From the human T2T-CHM13v2.0 reference genome, Homo sapiens: DNA of 64,000 nt. The first letter of the stretch is position 1, and each line of letters opens with the position of its first letter. The stretch lies in the NCBI RefSeq assembly GCF_009914755.1, contig NC_060926.1, one strand, 5' to 3'. This document shows, one piece after another, positions 40,681-53,335 of the stretch. A program made the position numbers and the translations under genes. The notes below the pieces were generated by a model. It was given only the letters and a program-made list of their open reading frames with translations, ran no database searches and was not told where the DNA came from.

Positions 40681-43600
40681 CAGAACTACATTTGCTTAAC
40701 TGTGACTCTTTCCTTTGTACCTGAAAATAAGTATCATTTTTATCCAGTAAATATTGGCTGATAATTCATAAGGCAGATGCTTTAAATTGGCTATTGTAGA
40801 ACAAGGAGAAAGAACTTGATGAAGAGAAAAATCCTTGGAATCAGTGGTTTACAACTTTTTTTTTCCTTCCTGATGATCAAACCGTATTATCGCATAGTAG
40901 AAATTGGATTTTCTTCCAGAAACTACTTTAGTACCTCTCATTTGTAGCACTTCTATCAAGAGTGCTGGTATTCGGACATGTAACCTACAAACAAAATCAG
41001 AAAGATGTCAAAATAACACCCTAATTCAGACTATCCTGAGAACATTTGTCTTCTGAATATTTAAGAAAAAAAAATAAGTGTTAATTATATTGTAGGGTGT
41101 TACCATTTTGTATTTCAAGTTCCTGAGAAGAGAATTTGAACAGTTTGCTATTTGGAAATTTTAGCAACCAGCTACCTTGCCTATGGAAAGATTAAAAAAA
41201 AAAGGAGAGGGAGTAGATGGTGGTCCATAGGCTGTAACTGGAAACTATGCCTGTCTTATTTAGCATTTCAAAACAAAAACCATAAACAAACATCTCAGAT
41301 TCAAAACAGAAAGGAATTTCTGGCAGGGCAGAATGAAACCTGAGACTGCAGAGTCCCAGTCTACAAGAGGTAACTTATTTAGCTTCTTATCCAAAGGCCA
41401 CAGCAAAACGTTTCACAGCTGTGATTAAACAAAAGGCATCTTTTGTTGGAGAATTGTGATACTTCTTTTTAAGACTGCGAAAGACCTGCCAAAATAAGGC
41501 AAAGCTACCTTGAGGATGTTTGACCTGAACTAGACTTTATGAAGTAGTTGGACCACTTCAGGCCTTATGGTGTGAGGAGTGTGGGATGCATAGGCTTGGA
41601 CCTTTCTGTGTGTGTGTTTATAAGTCTGTAGAGACAGAATATTCCATCATGTTATCAAATGCAGATCTCGAAAACCTTTTCTCACTTCCCATATTTGGGA
41701 GCTTTGCTTTTTTTGAAAAGTATGGGCTTTTACAGTCTGAGTGAGGAAAAGGGATGGATTTTAGACAGTTTTGTCTGTGGAAGTCAAAGTAGAAGGATTT
41801 TTAAACAGTTGGAGACAGAATGGGTATACTGTGTGCTTTTCAGAACCACTGAGTTCCTATATTTCAGGCAGATTTTAAGAAAACTTATTACCACTACCTA
41901 TCACATCAAAATGAAAGACCAAATAAATTTCTGTGTTTTAATCAAGACTGTGACTGTATTTGTGTATATCCTAGCTTGTTTCAGAAAGGGTTTGAGGCTG
42001 CCCAGAAAGGTGAATATTACAGAATTCTTGTATGTGATAACATGATAAAGGAGAAAAAAACAGCCATGGCTTTTGAATCCCCCTTCATCTCTTAATAGCC
42101 CAGTGACTTAAATAAAACCCTTCAACTTCCCTTGGCATGACTTTGCCTTAATTTGTCAAAAGGGAATTAAATAGTTACCTACCTCAAGACAGGGGAACTG
42201 AATCAGATGATATCTTAAGGTTCTACTGGTCATAAGATCTATGCTTTTATGACCTAGAAGTGATAGACAGGAGTCGAATATTACCTTGTGTTTGCAGAGC
42301 CAGGGAAGGAAAAAGTGATAGTGTCTACATGACTGCCAGGTGCTGTAGACAGAAGGGCTTAGAGGAAAAGATCAAGAGTTCCTCCATGGTTATGTTTATC
42401 AAGCGGCAGTGGAGACAGTAAAGCGTAGTATTGGGAAGTTAGTGACAGCTTTTAAATGCCTGAAGTCTTTTAAATCATATTCACCGTGGCTGAGTCTGGA
42501 TTCAGGGTAGAACTCAAACCTCTCTTATGTGTTTGCTGCCTTCCCTTTCTCCATTTTCTTATGTACTTCATTAATTATTAAGACTATGAGGTAGGTAGGT
42601 GACAGAGACTGCAAAGGGAGAAGCTAGAGCGAAGACAGGCCAAAACTTGCCCAAATTCACATGCTCATTTCTGCCTCTGACACTAGGAGAGAGTTGAGTA
42701 ATTGCTCTTCTTCCTAATACTGCAGGCAGCAGCCAAATTCTCCACATTCTTTTACCTTTGCTGCTGTTTTCACTTGCCAGGGAGTTTCCTTAAGGAGCAG
42801 ACTGAATTTAAAGAAACATAGCAGTAATAGTGCATGAAAGGGGGTGTGGGGTCGCTGGCCAAACGTGGCATGTTGGTGCCTCACGTTGGGAGGATGAAAG
42901 GATGATTCCTGCAGAGGGACATGCTGCACACTGCGCAAGCTCCCTCACCTCTGTGTACAGCTGAGCCACTGACCAGGAAGCTCTTTGCTTGTATGTGAGA
43001 CAGCAAATATTCACTAAATATGTTTCAAGTACAAGCCAACTGCGAAGCTTGGAAAGTTGTCCAGAAACTTCACCCTTCCTTTGCATGTTGTCCAGCGGCA
43101 GGACGTTGAGCAAGGTTAGGTAGTATGAACCTGCGGCTCTAAAACTTAAAGTAATAGGCATTATTCGAAAGAAAATGATGCCCAGCACGGCTTCCAGTGT
43201 ATATTAGCAATCAGCTTGTTTGCCTTGTGGTTATTACATTTTTTGCCAAGAGCAGCCTTCCAGAATGAGGTACTAGTTAATTCCCATTGGGCATTTATTC
43301 ATTAATAAGTCTGCTGAATGTGAAATATTCCATTTGGGAGTATGTCATATGAGAAAACTCAGTGGCTAATTATTACATAGCTCTCTTCCATGATTCTCAC
43401 TTTCAGCGCAGTTACCTAAGCCACCATTTCCTAGGTATGTAAACTTAGATAATTTTTAGTTTTCTGTAATACTTTTTGCTTTTTGCTCCAGAAAATTTTT
43501 TTTCACTCCAATCTGTGAAATTGTTAAAAGTTTACTAATAACTGGATAAACATTTTATGTTGTACTATGGCTTGCTCTTTCTTTCCATTTTAAAAAGATA

Positions 43601-43762
43601 ATATCAAAAGTTAAATCCTGTTCCAGATCTTACCGTCTCTCTTCCAGGCTAGATTTCTGGGATGGGGTGGTGTTAATTTACTAACCTGAGCTTTTGCCCA
43701 ATCTAGGGTCTCCTTTACTCTTTTCTGGTGTATAAATAGGTCTTTATTTGCTTTTCTTCCAG

Positions 43763-43904
43763 GTTGGTTGGTGCATATTAGCTTAAGAACTTTTAAACCT
43801 CTGCGGCAGTAATGAGAATCTGCATGCCAAGGGCCCAGCATTTCTCTACAAAGCAGCCCATGAGTGCATGTGTGTTTGCTGTAGTGAAGGGTCTATGTTA
43901 GAAG
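43763..43904 (+). other. Candidate cryptic/alternative CRIM1 exon (142 nt)
   Basis: Acceptor TCTTTATTTGCTTTTCTTCCAG and donor GAAG|GTGAGT; motif evidence only. Confidence 0.45.
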
Positions 43905-44186
43905 GTGAGTTAGAGACCCCACTTGCCCACATCTGTGTGCTGTGGTTTGGCCCTCCTCCTCTGGTGAATCCCTACCACAGCCCAGTGCCTGCTGGATCTC
44001 AAGTGTCCTGAAAGCCATTGGAAAGATGCTTTCCAGCAGTCTTAACATTTGCCTCCATGTTCTTTCCAGCAAGGATGAGTGCACACAGCTTTCCAGCTAC
44101 TGGGCAACCCAGCCATTGACAGAAGGTGGTGCAAGAGTCAATTCCTCTGTGAGGATCCCTTCCAATAACAGTGTCTGCATTAACGA

Positions 44187-44254
44187 CAAAAAGTTCTGTA
44201 AAAATGTTTGCAGGGGGAGCTTTTGACCTGCAAACATTTCTACAGAACTTTTTG
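44187..44254. repeat. 28-bp inverted repeat (hairpin) with 12-nt loop
   Basis: CAAAAAGTTCTGTAAAAATGTTTGCAGG / CCTGCAAACATTTCTACAGAACTTTTTG; 27 of 28 positions complementary. Confidence 0.95.
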
Positions 44255-47200
44255 CCATATAGGAACATATGAAATGTTATATGTAATATAGGTCAGAAAT
44301 GTTGCCATATAGGAACATTCGAGAAGATGATAAATGTGAGGAAAGTGATAAAAGTTTATACAACAAGGATCTGTACAAGATTGTGGTAGATTTGCTGGCC
44401 TAAAAAGATGTACTCAGGGTAGTGAACTATTTCTGTAGCATCAGCCACTGGGCCCCTGAGTGGGAATACTCTTTGAGAGACAGGAAGCTAATTCCTTCTT
44501 TGAATGTGTAGTTAACTTTGTGCCATTGGATGTAGGGTGTGCACGTGCATGTGTATTTTTTCAGTTGCTGAGGGCACAACACAGACAAAGAATACCGTGC
44601 ATTGTATTATGGATGTGCTGGAAACAACGCCCCAGCTTGAAGCAAGTTGACTGTAGTATCTACTCTGTAGATCAGCAAACTGAAAATGACTTCTTAATAA
44701 AAGGTCGCACATTGTTTTACTTACTGCATTTGAAAAAACAGTTCTAATTAAGATGCTTTGGGTTTTAAACTGCCTGTTAATTGGGATATCTATAAGTGGG
44801 CAAGTAGAGCTTCTGAATATTGCTGACTTATTTCTTAGTGATTGGGACAAAAGCTTTTTTTTTTTTTTTTTAAATAGTATGCCATCATTAAACAGTTTTT
44901 GACCTTACGCAGAAACTTTAAATGTGACAGCAGAAAGAAGCAGCAGAAATTTACAGTGAGAAATGGAAGACCTCTGTAGGTAAATAAGTAAAATGAAAGA
45001 AGCCAGAGGTGTTTTTTGTTGGCAGTAGATGAAATTATTTTCAAACACTGCCCTGGGAAAAGGTGAGCCCTCAGCAACCAAGTTTATTGACTGTCTATTC
45101 AGGAAATTGTATTAGTTGCTTTGGAAAGAGAAAGGAAAAAGAAAAGACTTTCTGCCAACTGAGGGCTGGAAAACTTGAGGGAGATAAAGTATTTACATGC
45201 TTTAATAACATAAAGCATGTCCAAAAGAAATACATAATTACAGCTATGTTTGGCACTGAAAATAATCCAGGTTATTATATTTTTAAAATTGTGTGTGAAT
45301 ATGTAAGTGAATGCCCTTGAGTCAGAAATGCTTGAGTGATAATATTTCTTGAGAGAATGGAAAAGTAGATGGTATTAGGAGCTAAAAAGAGAGAGAAGGG
45401 ATAAAGGATGACCACTAGTTAAGAAGGAACAGTGAACTTTTTTTCTTTAGAGGGGACATATTTCATATGCATAGTTATTCCCCCTCTACTTCTAATCTTA
45501 GTATAATAAGCATTTAACTTCCCATAGGACCTTAGCAGTCTGCATGTTATTACTAAAAGCCCACAGGTAAGGGAAAATTAGACCCCTAAATTAAAGACCT
45601 GACCATCTTGCTCCTGAAGTTTTAGGTTTTCCAACTTTATTTCCAGTGTATCTTGGACAAAGACCCTTTGAGAGCTCAGAAAATTAGGAGATGTGGTCAA
45701 CACATTCTTCTTAATATCTAGTGCAACCAAAGACTTGGCCAGCAACTAAGGCCAGCAACTGGAAAATGGGTGTGGTGTCAGGTTTCAGACGCCCCCATAG
45801 TTGTCTTCACGTCCTTTAATATGTGTTGGCATCCCTCAAGCCCTGCCAGTTTATGCTCTTTCCTTTGTGAAGCCTTCCTGCCCTGCCCAGGAAAAAGTAA
45901 TGCCATCCCCCATCCCCCATCCCCCAGTGACCATAAATAGCACTTTCTCCTTCCCCTGTTATAGCACTTTTCATACTGTGTTAGAGTTCACATTTCTGTC
46001 TCTCTGCCTCATTGTGATCTATTTGAGTGCCAGGATTGTGTGTTATTCTAGCGCTTGGCACACAGGAAGAACTCAATGAGCATTTGTTGACTAAATCTAG
46101 ACTCAAGGTCATCCAAGATATTATACAAAAACTTTTTCATCGAACCATTTGGTCTGCATTGTGGAAACTGAAACGAATGGCACTCCCCGTTAAGAGAATC
46201 CCAGTGAGAAGCCATAGCATTGCAGGAGGAAGCTCAAACTGGTTAACTTTGCTCATGCCGATCAGTCTTAGAATTTTTTGTAATGTTTCCATGATGAATT
46301 AGTTTCAGCTGTATTTTTTTGGCAAATATTTAAAGATAATTTTTATTTGTGTGGACTTTTCTTCTTGTCAGTTTGTCATAAAGGTGTCATCTTTCATTCA
46401 CTAACCCCTTATCAGCTTATAGGAATTTTCCTCGTGGGTGGTTGCTTGTAACCTTCTCTTGACTGCCAGGGATCTGATATACTAAACGGTTGAGATACTG
46501 TGGTGATCAGCTGCTTGTAAACAATAACTGATAAATCGGTTATAAATTATCAACACACTTCAGATGACCATATCATCATGACTTGGTGATAGCAAAATAG
46601 ACTTCTGAATTCTCAGCTAATCCAGGATTGTGTCTTAACAAACATTTATGTTGATTAATCAGGAGGGTGTTTAGTTTAAGAAACATGTACTGAATGTTCA
46701 ATATGTGAGTGCCAAGTGCAGTGTGGTGCAACCTGTTTACTGCTTCAGGTGATCTCCAGATATCCTAAGGAATTTTTAACTGTACAGCTTCTTTGGGGAA
46801 GGAAATCCTAAGCCAACAACCTGAGGGTGGAAGTGTGTGACTGGGAATAATTAAAATGCCTCACAATGGTTCGAGCAGGAATTCCATAGGAATGCACTTT
46901 AAGGCATTTAGGAAAGCAAAATTCCGTTTGGATTTACTCCAAACCCTATGACTTCAGAGACAGGAATTTTTGATGATTAGTGGCTGGAGCCCCAACTTGT
47001 TATTTAGTAATTCCACATTCAGTGTGGAATTGTTTTTTCTGTAGCACTAGTTATAAGTTCTTTGTTTGTTTTTCTAAAGGTTTTAAGGAGGTTTACAAAT
47101 TAAGATGGAATAAGACATTAGAAACTTAAGGATACATAGCAAATTAAAACCTTGATACATTTGGTGCTAAGCTTTTCAGCTGCTAAAGATAGAGAGTTTT

Positions 47201-50200
47201 GGCCAAGATAAAGTATATAGAGTCAAAGACACATGCAGAATTCTCCTGGATATAAGTTCAGGTACCTGTGCCATTTTATCACTTTAGTCAATGTGCCCAT
47301 TTTCTTAGGGCAGGTTTAATTTTCTGCTGCGGCATGGCCCTTCAGCTTTCCCAAGTTTACGATGCTCATCTCATACCTGATGGAAATTGTTGATAATGTT
47401 AGTGTATGGTTGGTGGCTTTCCCAGTAGCCCACTTCAGATCCTTTTATTGGTCATCACCAGTTACAAAAGTTTTAGGAAAGGGAAGGAGAGAAGCTGGAA
47501 CTGATGGCTAAGTAAAGTTATAGCTGTAGAGCTCTGGTTGTCCATAATGAACAGTGGCAATGAACAGTGAAGATTTAAGCAAGGTTATTTTTTGAGGGTC
47601 CACTGATGATTTTCCTATAACTCGTTAAAAATATTTTTAAAACTTTTATATGGCTTCATATAAAAAAAGCTTAAAAATCTGTTCCCAGACTTCCTAGGCA
47701 GGTATGTTTTCTTTTCAGTGTTGCCTTCTCTAAGACTTTATCAGCAGAAGGAGTATTTGAGCTGATGGCAAATGCTGCCAAAATGAGAAGTGTGTGTGTT
47801 TCTCAAAACTCATGATCCCACAGTTAAATCGAGGGTGTGGGTAAAGGACCCAGAACTGTTCTTGCTGATGGAATAGCACACTTTTCCTCAGACATTAGTA
47901 GAGTAAATGAATGGAGGCAGAGGATTGGGAAACACTCTTGAAGGAGGGAGTGCCCATCAGCCTGTAAGCCAAAGTAAACAGTTCTTGTAACTGAAAAATA
48001 GACTTCCTGGAAGGAGAGAACCAGAGAAGTGGGTGTGAAGTGCAACCAGCAAGTACCATTTTCAGTGATACAGACAGCTGGCTTAACCTGAGTCCTGACA
48101 AGAACCTCTCAGAGCTATTTGGGGAAATCAGTTGCTTGAACCAGCCTTTGACTGGCCTATCGTTCCTACAGCTGTACCCAAAGATGGCACTTGGGGAGAA
48201 AAGGTCACATTTGTTTGTGATAGAGAAAGCAAACCGATGGGGCATTTTGAGAGGTAGAAATGAAGTCATCATTTGCGGAGCCGGTGGACCAGCAGAATGG
48301 CCGTGGGAAGGTATCCCTGAACCTGTATGTGTGGAAATGCAGGCATTCTCTGTCAGTCTTTTGTCACAGTGAGAAAATGTCATTACAGTGGACAGCTATG
48401 CACACGTTGGAGATTATGTGATGTGTGCATGTGCATCCATGTGTACAACATACACCCATGCAAAAATTGCTCACAGGGTCATGTGCGTGTCCTGGTAGTC
48501 TGTTATGTCCATTCTTCTGTAATAGGAGTATGTTTTTCAAACTGAAGCTGTTAGGTTCTGTTAATTCCAACAGAACAAAAAAAAATCTGCCTCTGGCCAT
48601 CATTCGTTAATTTACATAGATTAGATACATGTAGTCTGTCTCCTAAGTGGCTTACATAAAGCCGTGGGCGTCTTTTCCTGTGTCTCCTCTTCGGCAGTTC
48701 CTAAGGCACCTACCAGGTTTATAGTTGCTGATGTCCTACCCATACTATGTGTCAAGAAAGGTAGACTCAAAAAGGATTGATGCAGATATTCCTTAGAAGT
48801 TTTCATGCCCAAAGATTCTTGGACCTTAGTTGCATGAGGGAAGAGGCCTTGCCTCGTGAAAGGAGACCGAAGCCCCTTATTAAAGGGGTCACTCAGAAAA
48901 AGGTGTTATCTAAATTCCCTCTTTGTAGTTTTATTTCTTCAATGTATTCCCCATCACTAGCTGTGTGTGCTGGAGCCAAATGTTGGGCCCACTGCCATCT
49001 TTTAAAGAATGCTACTGTAAAGGGATAACTTTACTAGACAGTTTGGGAAATAGAAGAAACAATTATCTAAAATGCTCTTGTTCCAAACACAAAAACTAGC
49101 TTCATGTTTTTGTGTATAACCCTGCCTAGTCTTACTCTGTAGACATCCTTCCCCCCACACCCATCGTGTATGTTTTTTATCCCCATCTAACATTATATCA
49201 AATACATTGTCCTATGTTGCTACCTTGTCTTCATTATTATGATTTGTCAAGCAATTGGGTTGTACTGACTGCAGTGTTACTCCTCATTTCCTTTCCCCCT
49301 TTCTTTTCCATACTACTTAAAAAGCAAGAAAGGAAAAAAAATTCTATTTAAGAGAAAATCCTATGTAGTCGTAATGGAATTTATTTTCCTGAGTGCCTGG
49401 GCGTGCTCCAAACAGATAGCTGTGATTGTGTCATCTCTTCTTACTAAGCATCTGACCACTCACTACCTGTGCATCTGATCCCTAGGCTCATGGCATGAGG
49501 GCTGTGGCTCTTGATGTTTTTTTTTTTGATGTGCTTAGTATCACCAGAACTGTATTGACTCTAAGAGTATGGAAGCTTTGTAAAGTTAACTAACGATTTG
49601 TAGGTTTTGTGCAAATAGCCAGCTCTCCAGGTAGAGACATTTTAATTCTGTTGCTTTTTTTTTTTGTAGCATATTATTATATTGCAGATGTTTACTTAGT
49701 ATGAAAAATGGATATAATTAAGTTCTAAATGGGTACTAGATATTAACTTCAAAATGAATTTGCAACTTGTATGCTTTGCATATGCCGTATGCTTTGCATA
49801 TGCCATATGCTGTTGTTTCCAAGGATGTAAAGCAGTTTTCCACTTCCACCATCTTATAAATTAAAACCAGAGGGCTAGACGTTATCCAGCAAGGGACCTA
49901 CAAAATTCGAAAAAAAACTTCGGATCATTATCAGGATTAAGTTTGTTGAAATTGTATCAGGAAAATAGACTTTTCCTTGTATTATTATTGACTCATATAA
50001 TGCAACTCATACTGGTTTCATATTCAGAAGGTATATAGCACCTGTTGTAATATTTCAGGTTGATTTCTGCAATCTTTATTTAAAAATACAAATCCGCAAA
50101 GCAAATTGCATAAACGGTATACAAAATGAAATCACCAGGCTTCAAATATATTTTATGTAAATGTTAAGTGCTCTTTAGATTAGCAAAAGGAAGACAAACA

Positions 50201-52099
50201 TTTTGATTACCTCTTTAATACTAAATTTTTGTTTCTGAATTATAAATCTTTGAAGATATAATTAGTGTAAGATATATACCAATCAACATAGTCCAGAAAA
50301 CCCTGAACCTGGCTGCTTATTAGTTGGAAAGAGTACCTATTTAGACTTTCTAAGCCACAGTATGTGGCTAAGTGATTAATATGCACTATTACACTTTCAC
50401 AAATACTTTTTGGACCAACATATTGACTTAAGGGAGCATACTTTGTACTAAAAAACTAATTTGAAGGTGAAATCACAGCAAATTTAACAGTTCAACCTTG
50501 TGTATTTGTAGAGTTTTAGTTGGATCATAGGATAATGACATTAGCTAAAGTCAGCAAGCATGTAAAATAAACATTTTGAAGTTTAATAGTCATTTATGTT
50601 CTACAATAATAAATATTTGGCACCCACCATAACCACCACTACCAAAATATGTATGCTGAAATTGTGTCTCCAGGATGAATAAAGAGGTGTAAGGCAAGCT
50701 GACACCCATTAGAAAAAAAGGTTTAGAAAGGGAGAGAGGGCCTGGACTTCCCTAAGCTTAACCCCAACATAGGGCCTGTAGCTCCTGTTGGAACCAATTT
50801 ATAAAACTTCAAGGTGGGAATCAATAGATTGTTTCCAGTGTTATATAGTTCCTCTTTAATCAGTTGATCTTCAACCAAAGCTTCAAGTGGTTTTTGTTTT
50901 TATTTATTGCCAAAAGCTTCTTAACCAATGTGATTATAAATGTTTAAATTCATTTACAGTGAAATGGATTTGTATCTTCCTTGCTCTACAGTAGATAGTG
51001 AAGCCTCCGTGACCTGTGTAAGCTGCAGGTTGAGGAGAATGTTTAAACAGTAGGCGAGCGTTCATACAGTGTCCCTGGACTGCATTTCCTTGCTTACAGA
51101 GCCTTGGAGCTGGGCCAACTCGCATGAGCGGGAGGAGGAGAGGCTCAGTTTTGAGAGCCCTGGGTTTATTTCTGGCTGTGGGGATACGAGAATGTGGGAG
51201 AAGGTGTAAACATAGTTTGAGGGAGGTCGTAGACTTGGAGGTTCTTGCCAGGGGTAAATGCTGGCTGGATTTGTTTATGGATGGATTTGATTATAGCTGC
51301 TTCACGCTTTTACCTCTGGAGTTGGTGCTTCCAAGGGGTGATGCTCATTGTCTGGATCTCCTTTAGTGGGCATCTCAGAATTCTTTGCTGCACCAACCAC
51401 AGCATTTCTTTTCCCTTTCTTTTGGTATTTGTATTCAAATGCCTGACTTCCTGACCTGCTGTGAGGGTTTTTAAAAATAATGAACACCAAGCTTCTTGGG
51501 AAAAGACAGGTATGTAAATACTGCAAGCTTATAGCATTTGGGGGATGGAGTTGTGGGATTTTGGAGTTTGTGACCCCCATGTGTCTGTGTATCACTCTCT
51601 CTAATGTAGAGAGACAGAGCAGCAGTTCCTGAGCTCTGTCTTTTGTCTCTTCATGGGTTGGTCACTGATTTCCCCTTTCAGGGTCTGAATCCCTTTCCCT
51701 TGCCTCCCCCCATGTGGGTTCCGGAAGGCCCACATCCAACAGCTGCCCTTGGTCAACCCCCAGCCCTGCACACAGGTGTTTTCTGCTGTTCAGAGCTCAG
51801 GGGCGCTGTCCAGCCAGCTGATGACAGCTCACTGGTGGCGCTGGTCTCACTCCAGTGCTGGCTCTGCCCTCTTGGCCCTGTTGCTTCCTCCTTGGAGGAT
51901 TAGTCACCCCAGTCTTGGGGCATTTTACCCACCTGTATGACTAGCACACATTGCATCCACTTGCCAAGGAGTGTTAGGGATACAGTCTCAAGAAAACCTG
52001 CCCAGTAGAAATGACTTCCTCTGGAGAAATTTAGATGATAAATTCCATAGGGAGAAATCATGTTTTATTAATGAGAAACAAAATCGTGCACTAGTGGGA

Positions 52100-52330
52100 G
52101 TTCAGGCTCAGAAGCCAGTGCATAGTCCAGCCTGGCGACCTGGCATGGTGTGTTACCCTGGCCAAAGCTCCCCAACCTCTGTTCATGATTTCCCTCTGTA
52201 AAATGGGAATAACAATAGTATCCATTTCTTTTGGGTGGTTATAAGGAATACTTAAGTTAACTCATTCATGTAAAGCACTTGAATAGTGGCTTGTATACAG
52301 TAAGCACACAGTAAATGTACATTGTCATTG
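52100..52330 (+). mobile_element. MIR
   Basis: TTTCCCTCTGTAAAATGGGAATAACAATAGTA...ATGTAAAGCACTT. Confidence 0.75.
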
Positions 52331-53335
52331 TATCTTTGTACCTCAACATCTGAAACTATGGTTTATACATAGCACATACTCATTCATGCTTTGTTGAGTA
52401 AATGTAATATTCAGAAGGTGGGAAAGTGATTTCCTTCTCTCTTATCATAAAATAAGAGTTATATTTGGTTGAAATAAGGCATCATAGGCCTGAAGACATT
52501 TACTCCCTGGCTGCTGGCAGGGGAGTAGAATGTTCCAAACTCTATGTTGATAACTGGGTGCCTATGATTTGTTAATCATACCTAACAAACTCAGTCTGTC
52601 AGGTGTTTCAGTAAAATTTACTGACTCCCAAGGTAATTTTGAAAGGACAAAGCCATCAGGTGATTTGTTTTCAATAAGCATTATTGGGATATTTCAGACT
52701 CCAACATGTGCAGTGGAGATATTAACGAGACTTTACCCTTTCTAAACTTAGGGGCTTACTCTGCATTGTAACGTATGTTTGCTTTTAAGGCGATAGATGG
52801 GTAGATAGATGCTCTGTAATTGAATAGCCTACTGGGCTTCTGTGTAGCACAGCACTGTGTAAGTCGCAGGTGTTCAGTAAATGTATTTTAAATCAATGAG
52901 TAATTGATGGGATATTTTTCTTCACATTACATCACATTGAAGATGCTTGTGAGGAAGTTTTGTTCATGATTGTCCTCCTAGGCAGGCGCCACCTAACATG
53001 TTTCTCTCTAGCTGCGGGGTATTGAATTTGAGGCTGCTCTCAGCATTACTGCTCATCTCAAAGAGGAACAAATGGTCCCCCAAATGGTCCAGATGCAACA
53101 GTAGGGAAAGGAGTGCCACCATTCATTCTGAGGTGCCTGGGCCATACTCTGGATGAAGCTCACAGCTCTAACGTAAGGCGGTAAGTCATTTTTTTTTTAA
53201 ACTTAAGGAAGTTAATTTGAAAGTTTATGCTGATGCCATTTCATATGACAGAGACTAAAGGGTATACGTCCTTGTGTTCTCTTGGTGGGGACTGCTGTCC
53301 TAAAGGTAAAAGATTTTGATCCAGAGGTTGGATTG

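Noticed and set aside
44255-44313. Paired CCATATAGG as SRF CArG boxes
   Set aside because: Only five A/T bases lie between CC and GG; the consensus needs six.
47895-48383. 162-aa minus-strand ORF and other 100-150 aa intronic ORFs
   Set aside because: No domain similarity or supporting gene structure; such lengths are expected by chance in six frames of 64 kb.
52985-53000. CTCF-like GCGCCACCTA (also ~51828-51843)
   Set aside because: Only the 3' core matches; the CCASY half is poor.
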